This document shows, in pieces, positions 34,248-44,380 of a stretch of DNA of 64,000 nt. The notes beneath the pieces are model-generated. The model did not search any database. It saw only the letters and a list, made by a program, of their open reading frames with translations, and was not told the origin of the DNA. The DNA comes from an uncultured virus (IMG/VR IMGVR_UViG_3300029305_003094) (lineage: Duplodnaviria > Heunggongvirae > Uroviricota > Caudoviricetes): the IMG/VR virus record IMGVR_UViG_3300029305_003094, one strand, 5' to 3'. How positions within the stretch are numbered: the stretch's first letter is position 1; each line of letters begins with the position of its first letter. A program made the translations under genes and the position numbers.

Positions 34248-34412
34248 TTATGCTTGCTCTTTCCTCTTGCCAGAGTTGCAAAGGCGGTTGACCTCTCTCT
34301 GCACTTCCTTGGGATTGTAGCCAGCTGCGGTCAGGTTCTCTTTCCTGACGGCACCGTTGCCATACTTACCCTTCAGCACCTCTCTGGCAATCTTGGTGAT
34401 TTCTCTGCTCAT
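34248..34412 (-). CDS. Stand-alone Cpl-7 (CW_7) cell-wall-binding domain protein, 54 aa
   Basis: MSREITKIAREVLKGKYGNGAVRKENLTAAGYNPKEVQREVNRL...; AAGGAG RBS; below the ORF-track cutoff. Confidence 0.8.
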   Translation of the reverse strand: MSREITKIAREVLKGKYGNGAVRKENLTAAGYNPKEVQREVNRLCNSGKRKEQA

Positions 34413-34430
34413 TCGGTTCTCCTTATCTGT

Positions 34431-35273
34431 CTACACACCCAACAGTTTGCTCCATGTATCAGTTCCAACTATGCCGTCAACACCGATGCACTTGTCCTTC
34501 TGGAATTTACGGACAGCACCATCGGTAGCAGAACCGAAGTCACCATCAGCACCGTAACTTCCACAGGAATAGCCATTGCCGATGAGAAGGATCTGGAGAG
34601 CCTTGACAGAGTTTCCCTTACTTCCCTTCTGCAACATACTGACATTCACGGAACAGCCACTCCCTGTGTGTTTTGTGGTAGGTGTTGCAGTAGGTGTTTC
34701 GTTTTTAGAAACACCCACCTCGTCAACTCCATAGGTCACATACGGCAACTTGCCGTGTTTAGTCCAGCTTCTGCCGTTGTAGCCTGGCTTCTTGCCGATA
34801 TTGTGAACAGCTGTAATCTGCACACAATCCTTCCAAGCTGGAGTACATTCCACCGCCAATCCATTGCCGATGTAAATACCGACATGACCTTGCATCCACA
34901 GCAACTCACCGACAGCAACATTGGAGAAGTTCGTGGACACACCACTACACACACCAATCATCTGCTCCGTGCCAATATCAGGAACACCATTGGATGCGTA
35001 CTTAGCACCGCCATAGGTCTTGGTGGTGTCACCATTCCAACCCCACAGCAAACTCTTAATTAGGCAGACACAATCGAAGCCGAAGGTGTCTGTGGATGCC
35101 GACAGAATCTTGGACTTTCGGTCTGCCTTCATATTGTAGGACAGATTATTGGTGTATCGGTTTTTGTTGCTCTGTGTCATAGGCGAACCGATGCACCCCA
35201 AGACATACAGAGATTTGTAATTTTTAGCCACATTCTCACAGGCGGTGGCTAACTCTTTGCCAGTTTTAATCAT
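34431..35273 (-). CDS. Endolysin: NlpC/P60-like peptidase plus PG_binding_1 domain
   Basis: FDCVCLIK...GHVGIYIG catalytic Cys/His; LQKGSKG..VKALQ..L...DGDFG..T..AV..FQ...DGIVG..TW. Confidence 0.88.
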   Translation of the reverse strand: MIKTGKELATACENVAKNYKSLYVLGCIGSPMTQSNKNRYTNNLSYNMKADRKSKILSASTDTFGFDCVCLIKSLLWGWNGDTTKTYGGAKYASNGVPDIGTEQMIGVCSGVSTNFSNVAVGELLWMQGHVGIYIGNGLAVECTPAWKDCVQITAVHNIGKKPGYNGRSWTKHGKLPYVTYGVDEVGVSKNETPTATPTTKHTGSGCSVNVSMLQKGSKGNSVKALQILLIGNGYSCGSYGADGDFGSATDGAVRKFQKDKCIGVDGIVGTDTWSKLLGV

Positions 35274-35332
35274 AGAACATACCCCCTTGGAGTGTAGATA
35301 TATTTGCCTTCCTTTTTGCTGAACAGCTTGGC

Positions 35333-35509
35333 TTATTTCTTCTCCATCTGCGTACCAAAGTAGAACGCAATCACGGTGGACACAATGACCATGACATTGT
35401 CAGCGGTGATGTCACCACGCAAGGCGAGGACAGCGAACACCGCAATGACCACCATGGTCACAATGGTCTTGACCTTCACAAGGTTTGCCAAATTCTTCAA
35501 AATATCCAT
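35333..35509 (-). CDS. Holin (2 TM, 58 aa)
   Basis: MDILKNLANLVKVKTIVT...VIAFYFGTQMEKK; read manually. Confidence 0.8.
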   Translation of the reverse strand: MDILKNLANLVKVKTIVTMVVIAVFAVLALRGDITADNVMVIVSTVIAFYFGTQMEKK

Positions 35510-35511
35510 TT

Positions 35512-35802
35512 TTAATCCCCCTTGAAATTTAGTTCTTCCAGAAGTGTGTTGTATAGCCGTTTCACAGCACCGTTTCCACCACCTTTGAGATATGCATCAC
35601 CAGCTGCGATGCGTTCCTCTAATGGCATATACGGAGATGTGATGACCAACCGCTTGATGTCCAGATAGTTTTCCCTGATGTGTCTGTCATTGTCTTCGGC
35701 TCGTTTGTTGATTTTGATGGCAACCTTGATGACCTTGACACAAGTCACAATGATGGTTGTCAACGCACCAAGGCACGAACCGACCAAAATGATTGTCTGC
35801 AT
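35512..35802 (-). CDS. Holin-like / lysis accessory protein (N-terminal TM)
   Basis: One TM helix plus Y...GGNG motif; in the lysis cassette. Confidence 0.65.
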   Translation of the reverse strand: MQTIILVGSCLGALTTIIVTCVKVIKVAIKINKRAEDNDRHIRENYLDIKRLVITSPYMPLEERIAAGDAYLKGGGNGAVKRLYNTLLEELNFKGD

Positions 35803-35815
35803 TGCTTTCCCCCAA

Positions 35816-36289
35816 TTAACTTATTCGTTGCCACACATACACCGCCAAATAGGGTGGCATTGTGCTTGCGACATCTACACTACCTCGCAACGGCACACCA
35901 GAGGTTTGATTCGCACTAACATTTGCACCAGTAGAAGCACCGCTACCAGTTGCGGTGTAGCTAACTCCATCTTTTTCAACAAACCAAAACTTGCCATCAT
36001 GGTGATTCATCAGGGCAATAGCACCATCACTTAAAGTATGGTAATGAGTAGCACTACCGCCAGTAGCACCAGCACTATAAGCAGAACCAGAAGCCAGCAA
36101 GAAGCGGTCTTGTATCCGTGACCATGTGCCACCAAGGAAGGTGGATGGACTCGCATTGTTAGCGGATATATAGATACTTCCCACAGGGTAAATCAAATTT
36201 AGTAGATCCCCTTTGGACACCAGTTCGTTGCCAAGTTTATCTGGGTTGTAAGGTGTAGCAACAGGGACACCATATATTTTTTTACTCAT
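35816..36289 (-). CDS. Tail-tip / receptor-binding protein
   Basis: YPVGSIY...MPPYLAVYVWQRI domain; 88/129 identical to the prophage 1 fibre tip. Confidence 0.85.
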   Translation of the reverse strand: MSKKIYGVPVATPYNPDKLGNELVSKGDLLNLIYPVGSIYISANNASPSTFLGGTWSRIQDRFLLASGSAYSAGATGGSATHYHTLSDGAIALMNHHDGKFWFVEKDGVSYTATGSGASTGANVSANQTSGVPLRGSVDVASTMPPYLAVYVWQRIS

Positions 36290-38148
36290 CCACTCACCTC
36301 AACAATACTTGCCTGAATTGTGTAGTCATTCTCTGGCTTTTGACCAATAACATACACCGTCACCACACCGCCATCGTTCTCGGTGGTGAATGTGATGTCC
36401 TTCTCATAGAAAATAGCAAGCTGTTCCACACTAGGAGTCAAGTTGACTTGGCTATTCTCCGTAATGCCACTAATGGTGACCACCTGAGAATATTGCTTGC
36501 CTGTTCCTCTCCAAGCAGAAGCACGAAGTGTGACCTCGGTGATTCGTGTGGTCGATGCGTTGCCGAATTCAGCGGTTTCACCACTCGAAACATCAGCAAT
36601 GACCAAAACACCGCTGTCATTTATGGTTATCTTGAAGGACTTGTTTGCGGTTTTCAGCACGATGCCGTCTTCAAAACAGGCAACACCGCCAGCCACCCTG
36701 AGTGATTCACCTTCGCTTGGGAATTCGTTGATGCCCACCGCATTCTTTTCCGTATCAATGAACAGCGGAAACTTGCCCTTCGGCAAAGTGAATTCTTTTG
36801 TGATGCTACCGCCAAAGGAATCAACCACGGTGATGCTGAATGTGTGTACATAGTTCTTATCACACTCAATCGTGTACTTGTGTTTGTTCTCAATTTCCTC
36901 TGGATCACTATACTCGCCACCGCTCTGCATGACCATGTATGTGATGGTCATATCATTTTTGCTGTTGACGGAAGATATTGAAGCATCAACTGTCAAATAG
37001 GTTTCGTCTTCGTAGTTGTTCAACCGCTCAATGGTGGCGGTGAAGAAAGGCGGTGACCATGCAAGCACGGACACAGTTTTGCTCACAGTTGTTTCGTTTC
37101 CTCGGCTGTCCTTTGCTGTGATGGTCAATGTCACATCTTGGCTTGAATTGATAGCACCGAAACTGATGTCACCGATTCCTGTGACCGTCTTGACCAATCC
37201 ATTCACCGACACAATATACTGCGTTATGGTTGCACCCTTGTTTGCGATAGCTGCGGTGTCAATGGTGGCGGTCAAAGAAGATTTGTTCTGCACTATGTGC
37301 TGATTATTCCCTGTGATTGCAACAACCGCTGTGTTTCTATCGGCATACGATATTTGTGATGCCGTGAATGTGGGATTTGCGTTGACGATACGCAAAGTCT
37401 TGGGCATTGTCGATGTGTAGGTCACACCACCTATGATGGTCTTGACGATGAAACACACAGCAATGGTGTTGCTCGTTCTGGTCGCATTTCTCAGCACCGT
37501 TCTTTCGGCATCCGTCAAATTGAATGTGTAGGATGTTCCACCTTCGGCTAGATCCCTATAACCCACATTAGCGGTTGAACCATCAAGTGAAATGCAAGCC
37601 ATCAGCGAGGACACCGCACCACCAGCTGGATTTGAATAGTTGATTGTGGGATTCTCTTCATCGGTGAAGTTGGGAGCATAGGTAATCGTTGCAGAACGAG
37701 GAATGTTTGTAAGTACAATAGTACTACTTCCAGTAAATTTCTTACCGCTTCCATAGCTTCCGCTGGTTGTAAACAATGCCACATCTACATCAATGACAAT
37801 GTTTTTTGATCCATCGGCATTGTGAACGATTTGCTCGTTGGTACTCCAAGGTGGTGCTGTTCCGCTATCTCCAGCCTTTATCCCATAATAGGTATTTTGT
37901 TTTTCGATTCTTACATTATGCGAACCGCTACCTGAATAAAACTGGACAGCAACAGTACCATTGACTTTGACAGTTCCTCTAGGGAAATAACCAACACCAT
38001 ACCAGTTAGAGCTTTTTACCTCTACACTATCAATGCTGACAATAGATGTATTGCTGTCAATATCATACACTTCGCTCCAAGTAACTCTGCCAGAGAAAGG
38101 GTTGCCAGCAATCTCAAAGCTACCGCTTTTGCCTTTTATATATGCCAT
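36286..38148 (-). CDS. Tail fibre / baseplate protein
   Basis: HNADGSK...LTNIPRS, AKDSRG Ig-like segments; position. Confidence 0.8.
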   Translation of the reverse strand: MAYIKGKSGSFEIAGNPFSGRVTWSEVYDIDSNTSIVSIDSVEVKSSNWYGVGYFPRGTVKVNGTVAVQFYSGSGSHNVRIEKQNTYYGIKAGDSGTAPPWSTNEQIVHNADGSKNIVIDVDVALFTTSGSYGSGKKFTGSSTIVLTNIPRSATITYAPNFTDEENPTINYSNPAGGAVSSLMACISLDGSTANVGYRDLAEGGTSYTFNLTDAERTVLRNATRTSNTIAVCFIVKTIIGGVTYTSTMPKTLRIVNANPTFTASQISYADRNTAVVAITGNNQHIVQNKSSLTATIDTAAIANKGATITQYIVSVNGLVKTVTGIGDISFGAINSSQDVTLTITAKDSRGNETTVSKTVSVLAWSPPFFTATIERLNNYEDETYLTVDASISSVNSKNDMTITYMVMQSGGEYSDPEEIENKHKYTIECDKNYVHTFSITVVDSFGGSITKEFTLPKGKFPLFIDTEKNAVGINEFPSEGESLRVAGGVACFEDGIVLKTANKSFKITINDSGVLVIADVSSGETAEFGNASTTRITEVTLRASAWRGTGKQYSQVVTISGITENSQVNLTPSVEQLAIFYEKDITFTTENDGGVVTVYVIGQKPENDYTIQASIVEVSG

Positions 38149-38158
38149 TCACTCACCC

Positions 38159-39817
38159 CTAACTAATAGCCACGAAGCCAACACCAACATTGTCATTGGT
38201 TGCAACTGGCACAACCTTGATTTTGCCAGCAATCTTGATTTGGTTTTCGACTTCGGCATTCCTCATGTGGAAGGTTTCTCCGTCTGCCCAATACACTCGA
38301 TTTCCGTGTGCATCGTAACCGACAAAGCCTTCCTCTGCGTTCAGCTGCACATAGTCACCACTCTTTGCAAAGACGGTCAATCCTTGCTTGTCCATAAGGG
38401 CAATCAATGTGTTGGATTCATCGTGCAGTTCAAAAGTACCGCTAGAGTTGCCAGCACCGCCCAACCGAAGGACACCGCCCTTGATAAGGGATGCCGACAT
38501 ATTGATGACATTGATGTTCTGCATATTCAAAGTGCCATCCAATGTCCAAGCGGAAGTGAATGTGCCGTTGACACCGCTGTTGCTGAAACCAATGCCACCG
38601 CTGGAGATCCGCATCACATTTCTCGCATTCTCTTTGGGCAACGCATCCACCACAAGGATTTGACTTCCTTCGTTGATGACATAGGAATTGCCAAGCACAC
38701 CGTTGATTTGAGCGGTGGCTTGGGCAAGTTCCGTCTGCAACAGACTCTGTGTTTCCTTCGCAACCTCGTCAGTATGCTTGTTAGCTTCTGCTGTGATGGT
38801 CTGCGAGAGGTTTTTCAACTCGTTCTTGAAATTGCCAAACTCAATCTTGGTATATTTATTCCTGATGGCATCATACTTGACAGAAATCACATCGGTCAGG
38901 ATGTCCACCTTGCACTTTGGATGCTTGACATGGATGGTGTCACCCACATCACTCACATTGTCGATGCTTGAAGACACCGAATAGTTGACCTTTGGCATTT
39001 TGTTGGCTTCGATGTAGGCATCTGCCTGTGCGTGAAGCCAGGTTTTAATAGTTGAATGGAATTCCTCTGTGCTGGCAAATTCCTCGGCATCGAAACTGTG
39101 TTCAAACTTGACAACTTTTGTGTATGGCACATCATATAGTTGCTCCGTTGTACTCACATAGGTATCATCAAGCATGATTGCAGATTCTCCGTCTGTGGTA
39201 TACGGCAAAACCTTGGTGCAAACACCATCCCAATCCTCTTTGACCTGAATGCTTGTGATGTTTTTGCCAACCGCCAGCACAACACCCCTGTCCTCGCCAC
39301 ACCTTGCCTTGATTCCAAGTGTCCAGTTGTCACGATACCAATGACCGCCATATTTATCCTCGCCTAAAAGCAACCCATAGACCTCATACAGAGTCTTGCG
39401 GATGGCTCTTGTGGAGCAAATGGTGGTGATGTCACTCAGGGTGGTGAAGGGAGATGGGACATCCGTGCCATCATTGAAGTGTGCAAGAGCATCATTGCAG
39501 TTTTTATCCACCGCATAGGAATCCTTGATGATGTAATTCTTCGCATCATAGGACAGATGCCATGCCTTGACAGAAACCTTCTTGTTTTTGACCGTGGGAT
39601 TGGTCATGCGGAATCCCTGGACACCCCAAGGTGTAGGGATTCGCACAATCAAGCCGTTCTGGTAAAAGTCAAGGTTCTCAATGGTGTCCTCAAGTTCCGC
39701 ATAATAGTCACCATTGTCCTTTTTTGTGATGTCTGCAACCAAAGGATGCAAAATCTTGATTCCGTTATGGTTGAACAGCCTTTCGTTGCTGTCATAGACC
39801 TTTATCATCACAACCAC
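38159..39817 (-). CDS. Tail spike / Tal-like hub protein
   Basis: Prophage tail endopeptidase-like N-terminus; GIGFSNSGVNGTF.SAWTLDG. Confidence 0.85.
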   Translation of the reverse strand: MVVMIKVYDSNERLFNHNGIKILHPLVADITKKDNGDYYAELEDTIENLDFYQNGLIVRIPTPWGVQGFRMTNPTVKNKKVSVKAWHLSYDAKNYIIKDSYAVDKNCNDALAHFNDGTDVPSPFTTLSDITTICSTRAIRKTLYEVYGLLLGEDKYGGHWYRDNWTLGIKARCGEDRGVVLAVGKNITSIQVKEDWDGVCTKVLPYTTDGESAIMLDDTYVSTTEQLYDVPYTKVVKFEHSFDAEEFASTEEFHSTIKTWLHAQADAYIEANKMPKVNYSVSSSIDNVSDVGDTIHVKHPKCKVDILTDVISVKYDAIRNKYTKIEFGNFKNELKNLSQTITAEANKHTDEVAKETQSLLQTELAQATAQINGVLGNSYVINEGSQILVVDALPKENARNVMRISSGGIGFSNSGVNGTFTSAWTLDGTLNMQNINVINMSASLIKGGVLRLGGAGNSSGTFELHDESNTLIALMDKQGLTVFAKSGDYVQLNAEEGFVGYDAHGNRVYWADGETFHMRNAEVENQIKIAGKIKVVPVATNDNVGVGFVAIS

Positions 39818-41187
39818 CTACTTCTCGGTAAGATTTCGATGCTTTCCACATATCCAGACCACTCAATTTTGTTCGTGCCAACCAGCAGAACAGGGAATTC
39901 TCCGTTCATGTTGCGGTTCTTAAGCACATTGCCAAGGTATGCATCCTCTTTTTCGCTGTCAATGACCACTTCTCTCTCGCCTTCAGGGAAGGTGTAGTCA
40001 AAAAAATGGATGCCGTTGACGGAGATGCCCACAGTTCCGCTACCACGAAGTTCCATTCTCGGCTTGCTGTTCTCCAGACCTTCGTTGAACACTTCAAAAG
40101 TCTTGAAATACTCCAGTTTCATGTGGGCATTCCCATCGTTCGTGATGGTGGTCTGCTCGTTTAGTGTTTTGTATGTTGCGATTTCTTCCTCGGTCAAGGC
40201 GGTTTCAACTGGTGTGGCAAGGCAACACACAAGTTCTACTGGTGTGCCATTTGCAATTTGATTAGAAAGAAATTCTTGCCATTTGCTCACACTATTTGAT
40301 ACATGATAAAAACCAAAGCCTACAGACCCACCAAAGAAATAACCGCTCCCACTCGTTGTGCCTCGGACAAAATGGCTACAATAAGGTGTCCCAACGGATG
40401 CACTCCCAAGAATAGAATGGTGTAAAACGAAATACTTTTTGTTGTTTTCGTACTCCCAGCCTTCAGTACCATCAAGAATTTTTACACAAACCCTCTGCAC
40501 ATACACACCCTTTGCGAGGTCAATCTCGTCACAGATCCATTGCTGACCATTTGCATCGGTGTAGTTGCCACCAGATGTAACAGGGATGCCACGCAGACCA
40601 TTGGGTGTTGCAATGGTCATGCTCTGTTCGCCAACATCCACAGTAATGCTACCGCTCTCACCGATGCTCACAAGTTCCACAGGGGAATCAGGTGTGGGTG
40701 TGCCGTTCTGTGTAGTTTTGCCGTAGATGCTGAAGTATCTCTGTTTGGCATCACCAACATCAGGCACAACGATGCTTGTGCCTGTGGCTGTGATGGCTTG
40801 TGGCTCGTTGTGGGCTTCGTTGTACTTGTGCTTGAAAGGTTGCACTCTAAAGGTCACAACAGCCGTCCTGAACCGCAGAAGGCGGTTATAGTCTATCTGT
40901 CCAATGACCTTTGCAGTATAAACCTTGTCAGGCTCATTGCTGAATACAATCTCGCCTTCGCCTGTGAAGTATTTGATGACCTTGTTGATGTCAAAGTTGC
41001 CACGCAGACCAATGGAGATGGATTTGTCATAAGCACCAAAACCAAGATCCTCGCTGATGCTCCCATCTCTGCCGTCAATGGTGGTTTCTTTCACTCTCAA
41101 AGGCGGTTTGGTGATGGGTGGTAGTTCGCAAATGAGCAAGCCATCAATCGTGGTGCTTGGTACACCTTTCCAGATAATCGTATTCAT
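39808..41187 (-). CDS. Distal tail protein (Dit) with large insertion
   Basis: IDGRDG...FSNEPDKVY...F.VQPF, C-terminal FP.L..G.N.I.W...PRSRWL; ~240-aa insert. Confidence 0.85.
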   Translation of the reverse strand: MNTIIWKGVPSTTIDGLLICELPPITKPPLRVKETTIDGRDGSISEDLGFGAYDKSISIGLRGNFDINKVIKYFTGEGEIVFSNEPDKVYTAKVIGQIDYNRLLRFRTAVVTFRVQPFKHKYNEAHNEPQAITATGTSIVVPDVGDAKQRYFSIYGKTTQNGTPTPDSPVELVSIGESGSITVDVGEQSMTIATPNGLRGIPVTSGGNYTDANGQQWICDEIDLAKGVYVQRVCVKILDGTEGWEYENNKKYFVLHHSILGSASVGTPYCSHFVRGTTSGSGYFFGGSVGFGFYHVSNSVSKWQEFLSNQIANGTPVELVCCLATPVETALTEEEIATYKTLNEQTTITNDGNAHMKLEYFKTFEVFNEGLENSKPRMELRGSGTVGISVNGIHFFDYTFPEGEREVVIDSEKEDAYLGNVLKNRNMNGEFPVLLVGTNKIEWSGYVESIEILPRSRWL

Positions 41188-43727
41188 TATGCGAACACCG
41201 CCCTTTCAACAACATCGGTGACAAAGCCACCCATTTCTCGGTCATCCATGACCACTTTCACCTCGGTCAATGCCTGTTTGAATGCGGAAACCATCATGTC
41301 ATAGGTGGACAGCTGCGTGTTGCCAGATGCCATGTTCGTGTTGATGTCTGCATCAAATTCGGTTGGAATTGCCCCTTGCATATCAGCAGAAACATCTGCC
41401 ATTGTATCAGCGAAGCCTTCACCGACACCCAAGGCAAGGTTTTTGCCGACCTCGTCTTTGAACACAGTAGAAGGTGAATGGATGCCGAAGAATGACTTGA
41501 TGCCGTTCAGCACGGATTGACCAAATCCCTTGATTTTACTAAGAATCCAACTAGTTGCATTGTTGATGCCGTTCCACAATCCCTTGACCAAGTTCAAGCC
41601 AACATCTCCAACCTTACTGATTCCGCTTGAAAGTCCGTTGACGATGCTGGTGATAATCTTCGGTAGTTGCTTTGCCAGTTCCACAATGATGACAGGGATT
41701 GCTTCAACGATTCCCATGAACAACTTGATTGCACCTTCAATCAAATCAGGAAGTCTGTCAATCAAGGTATCAATGATGGCAAAAACAATCTGTGGCAAAT
41801 CTTCCACCAGCACAGAAACGATGGTGGGGATTGCTTCAACGATTGCCATGTACAACTGAATTGCACTCTCCAGAAGTAAGGGAAGTGCATCAAGCACAGC
41901 ATCAATGATTGTGTTGATGATGTTGGGGAGTTCCTCGACCAAGGTTTCAATGATGACAGGGATCGCATTGACGATTGCCATAAACAATTCAATAGCTGCC
42001 TGAATGACGATGGGAATTGCAGAAAGCAAACTACTAATAATCGTTTGAATCAAACTCGGCAATGCTCGAACGAGGTTCTGGATTATCGTGGGCAATGCCT
42101 TGACAATGCCGATAACCATTTGCAGAACCGCATCAATCAGCAAGGGCAACATCTCAAACAGTTTCTCAATCAGGACAGGAATCATCCCAATGACCGTTTC
42201 AATGATTTGAGGCAAACTCTCAGCCAACGCAGAAATGATGTTGACAACCATTTCAAGCAAGGACTCAATCAACACAGGAATCATCGCAACCAATGCGTTG
42301 ATGATGTCAGGAATCAACTCTGTGACCATAGTCACAATGGCTGGCAACTGTTGTGCAAGGACGGTCAGCAACTGCGGAACAATCGCAAGAACCGAATTGA
42401 TTATTTTGGGCAGATTCTCTGTTATCACAACCACAATGTTTGTGAACAGATTCATTACCAAATCAATCAGTCCTGGGAGCATTGCGGAAACACCTTCGAC
42501 CATTTCGCTGACTTGTTCGCTTATCATGGTCATGGCACTTTCGATGCCACCTTCATCACCAGAGATGATTGCAGAAAGCAGTTTGTTGAAAGATCCAGCC
42601 AAAGCATTGACACCTTCCATCGCATCACCCATTGCTGGAGCAAATGCGGATGCCAAAATGTTCTTGGTGGAATCCGTTGTGCTGGAGAATATCTGCATTT
42701 GGTCATCCAAAGCACCCAATGCTTGCAGACCTTCACCGCCAAGGACAGCACCCATGTCAACCGCCATCTGCGTGTACTCGGCAACACCTTCACTTCCCAT
42801 CTCAATGATGGTGTTCAGGTCTTGTGCCTTCTTGCCAAACAGTTCCATTGCAAGGGCATCTCGCTCAGTTTCGTTTTCAATGCCCTTTAGTGCATCGACA
42901 GTTTCCCAATACACGGCTTCGCTGTCACGCAAGTTGCCATTTGCATCGGTAACAGTTACACCAAGTTTCTTGTAGGCTTCTACATACTTTGCACCGCCTT
43001 TTTGTGCTTCGCTCATTGCCTTGACATTTTTCGCCATCGAACCAGTTAAGGTTTCCATGGAAACATCGGTCAGTTCTGCCACGGCATTGTATTTCTCAAG
43101 GGTGTCGGTGGAAAGTCCTGTCTGTGCCGATAATGTCAGGATGTTGTCAGCATAAGCTGCACCAGCCGTCAGGCATTCGCCCATTGCACTACCGATTGCC
43201 TTGAACCCATCTGCTAAAGCGGACAGACCACTCTTGATTAAATCACTAATCAAGTTCGCCTTGATGATGTCACCCAATGTCAAGGATTCCTTTTGTGCCT
43301 TCTTCTCGGCTTCTGCCATTTCCTCAATGGACTTGTAACCCTTGCGTGTGGCTTCTTCGGTTTCGTTCATCAGCTGCGTGTTGGTGTCGCACTCTCGGTT
43401 CAACTTGTTCAGTTCTGCTTGGGCATTGTTCAATTCGGTCTGCCACTTTTTTGTGGTTTCGCTGTTCTCGCCTGTTTCCTGTGCCGACTTTGCAAGTGCA
43501 TCCTTCAGGATGCCGACCTTTTTTTCCTGTTCCTCAATCTTCTTGTTGAGGACTTCGTTTTGCGAAGAAAGGTTTTCAACGGACTTGTCATTCTTATCGT
43601 ACTGTGAAGTGACGGACTTCATCTCGCTGTTCAGCACCTTCAGGTTGCTGGAAATCTCGCTCAATGCTTTCCTGTATTCACTCTCGCCAGTAAGTTTGAC
43701 AGTACCGCCAAAACTGCTCATAAGCAT
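41187..43727 (-). CDS. Tail tape measure protein
   Basis: GGTVKLTGESEY start, amphipathic repeats, FFGIHSPS. Confidence 0.92.
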   Translation of the reverse strand: MLMSSFGGTVKLTGESEYRKALSEISSNLKVLNSEMKSVTSQYDKNDKSVENLSSQNEVLNKKIEEQEKKVGILKDALAKSAQETGENSETTKKWQTELNNAQAELNKLNRECDTNTQLMNETEEATRKGYKSIEEMAEAEKKAQKESLTLGDIIKANLISDLIKSGLSALADGFKAIGSAMGECLTAGAAYADNILTLSAQTGLSTDTLEKYNAVAELTDVSMETLTGSMAKNVKAMSEAQKGGAKYVEAYKKLGVTVTDANGNLRDSEAVYWETVDALKGIENETERDALAMELFGKKAQDLNTIIEMGSEGVAEYTQMAVDMGAVLGGEGLQALGALDDQMQIFSSTTDSTKNILASAFAPAMGDAMEGVNALAGSFNKLLSAIISGDEGGIESAMTMISEQVSEMVEGVSAMLPGLIDLVMNLFTNIVVVITENLPKIINSVLAIVPQLLTVLAQQLPAIVTMVTELIPDIINALVAMIPVLIESLLEMVVNIISALAESLPQIIETVIGMIPVLIEKLFEMLPLLIDAVLQMVIGIVKALPTIIQNLVRALPSLIQTIISSLLSAIPIVIQAAIELFMAIVNAIPVIIETLVEELPNIINTIIDAVLDALPLLLESAIQLYMAIVEAIPTIVSVLVEDLPQIVFAIIDTLIDRLPDLIEGAIKLFMGIVEAIPVIIVELAKQLPKIITSIVNGLSSGISKVGDVGLNLVKGLWNGINNATSWILSKIKGFGQSVLNGIKSFFGIHSPSTVFKDEVGKNLALGVGEGFADTMADVSADMQGAIPTEFDADINTNMASGNTQLSTYDMMVSAFKQALTEVKVVMDDREMGGFVTDVVERAVFA

Positions 43728-43742
43728 TTCCCCCTTTCTGTT

Positions 43743-43976
43743 TTAATCAGGCAGAAACTCACCTTGATGGTCGATGTAATCTTCCACTTCGTGATAGGAT
43801 CTGCCACTCAGTTTGAAATCGTAGTTATTTTTGTAATGCTTATACATAAGCATCAGCCTTTTGAAGGTCATCCGTCCAACTTCATGGTCGGTGTACCCCA
43901 ACAGGCAATGCCCAATGAAATACAACCACGAAAAGTCAACCTCTGCGGTTTCGTCTTCGTGGATTACTCGTTTTTT
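43743..43976 (-). CDS. Tail assembly chaperone, -1 frameshift extension (gpGT-like)
   Basis: A AAA AAC at 43976-43970; -1 frame open to 43743. Confidence 0.75.
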   Translation of the reverse strand, partial: KKRVIHEDETAEVDFSWLYFIGHCLLGYTDHEVGRMTFKRLMLMYKHYKNNYDFKLSGRSYHEVEDYIDHQGEFLPD

Positions 43977-44314
43977 GATTCACCATCAGCTTTCACAGAT
44001 GCGACGGTAATCTCCTGAATAGCGGAAACAATCTCTTGGATGCCAACCTCGGTCATAATTCTGCCGACTTGCTTTGCGGTCAGCATCGGCTCTTTCGTGC
44101 CGTTGCTCTCGTTCTCCATATCAATGCCTTCATTCAACATTGCCATGACACCGCACTTCAGGTCTTTGACCTTCGGCTCTCCTTCACCCTGTGTCACTTT
44201 GCCCCACGCATCAAGCGAACCATAATGCTCCTGAATCTCTTCCATGACATTCAGGTTAAAAGCAAGAGGATATTTCTTGCCATCAGCTTCGATATATACA
44301 ACCGTGTTTTTCAT
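43964..44314 (-). CDS. Tail assembly chaperone (gpG-like)
   Basis: YPLAFNLNVMEEIQEHYGS; between tail tube and TMP. Confidence 0.8.
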   Translation of the reverse strand: MKNTVVYIEADGKKYPLAFNLNVMEEIQEHYGSLDAWGKVTQGEGEPKVKDLKCGVMAMLNEGIDMENESNGTKEPMLTAKQVGRIMTEVGIQEIVSAIQEITVASVKADGESKNE

Positions 44315-44380
44315 TTCAATTCTCCAATCTAACAGAATAAGGGCAGATTGTTACATCTGCCCTTGCTCGTTTCGTTTGTC

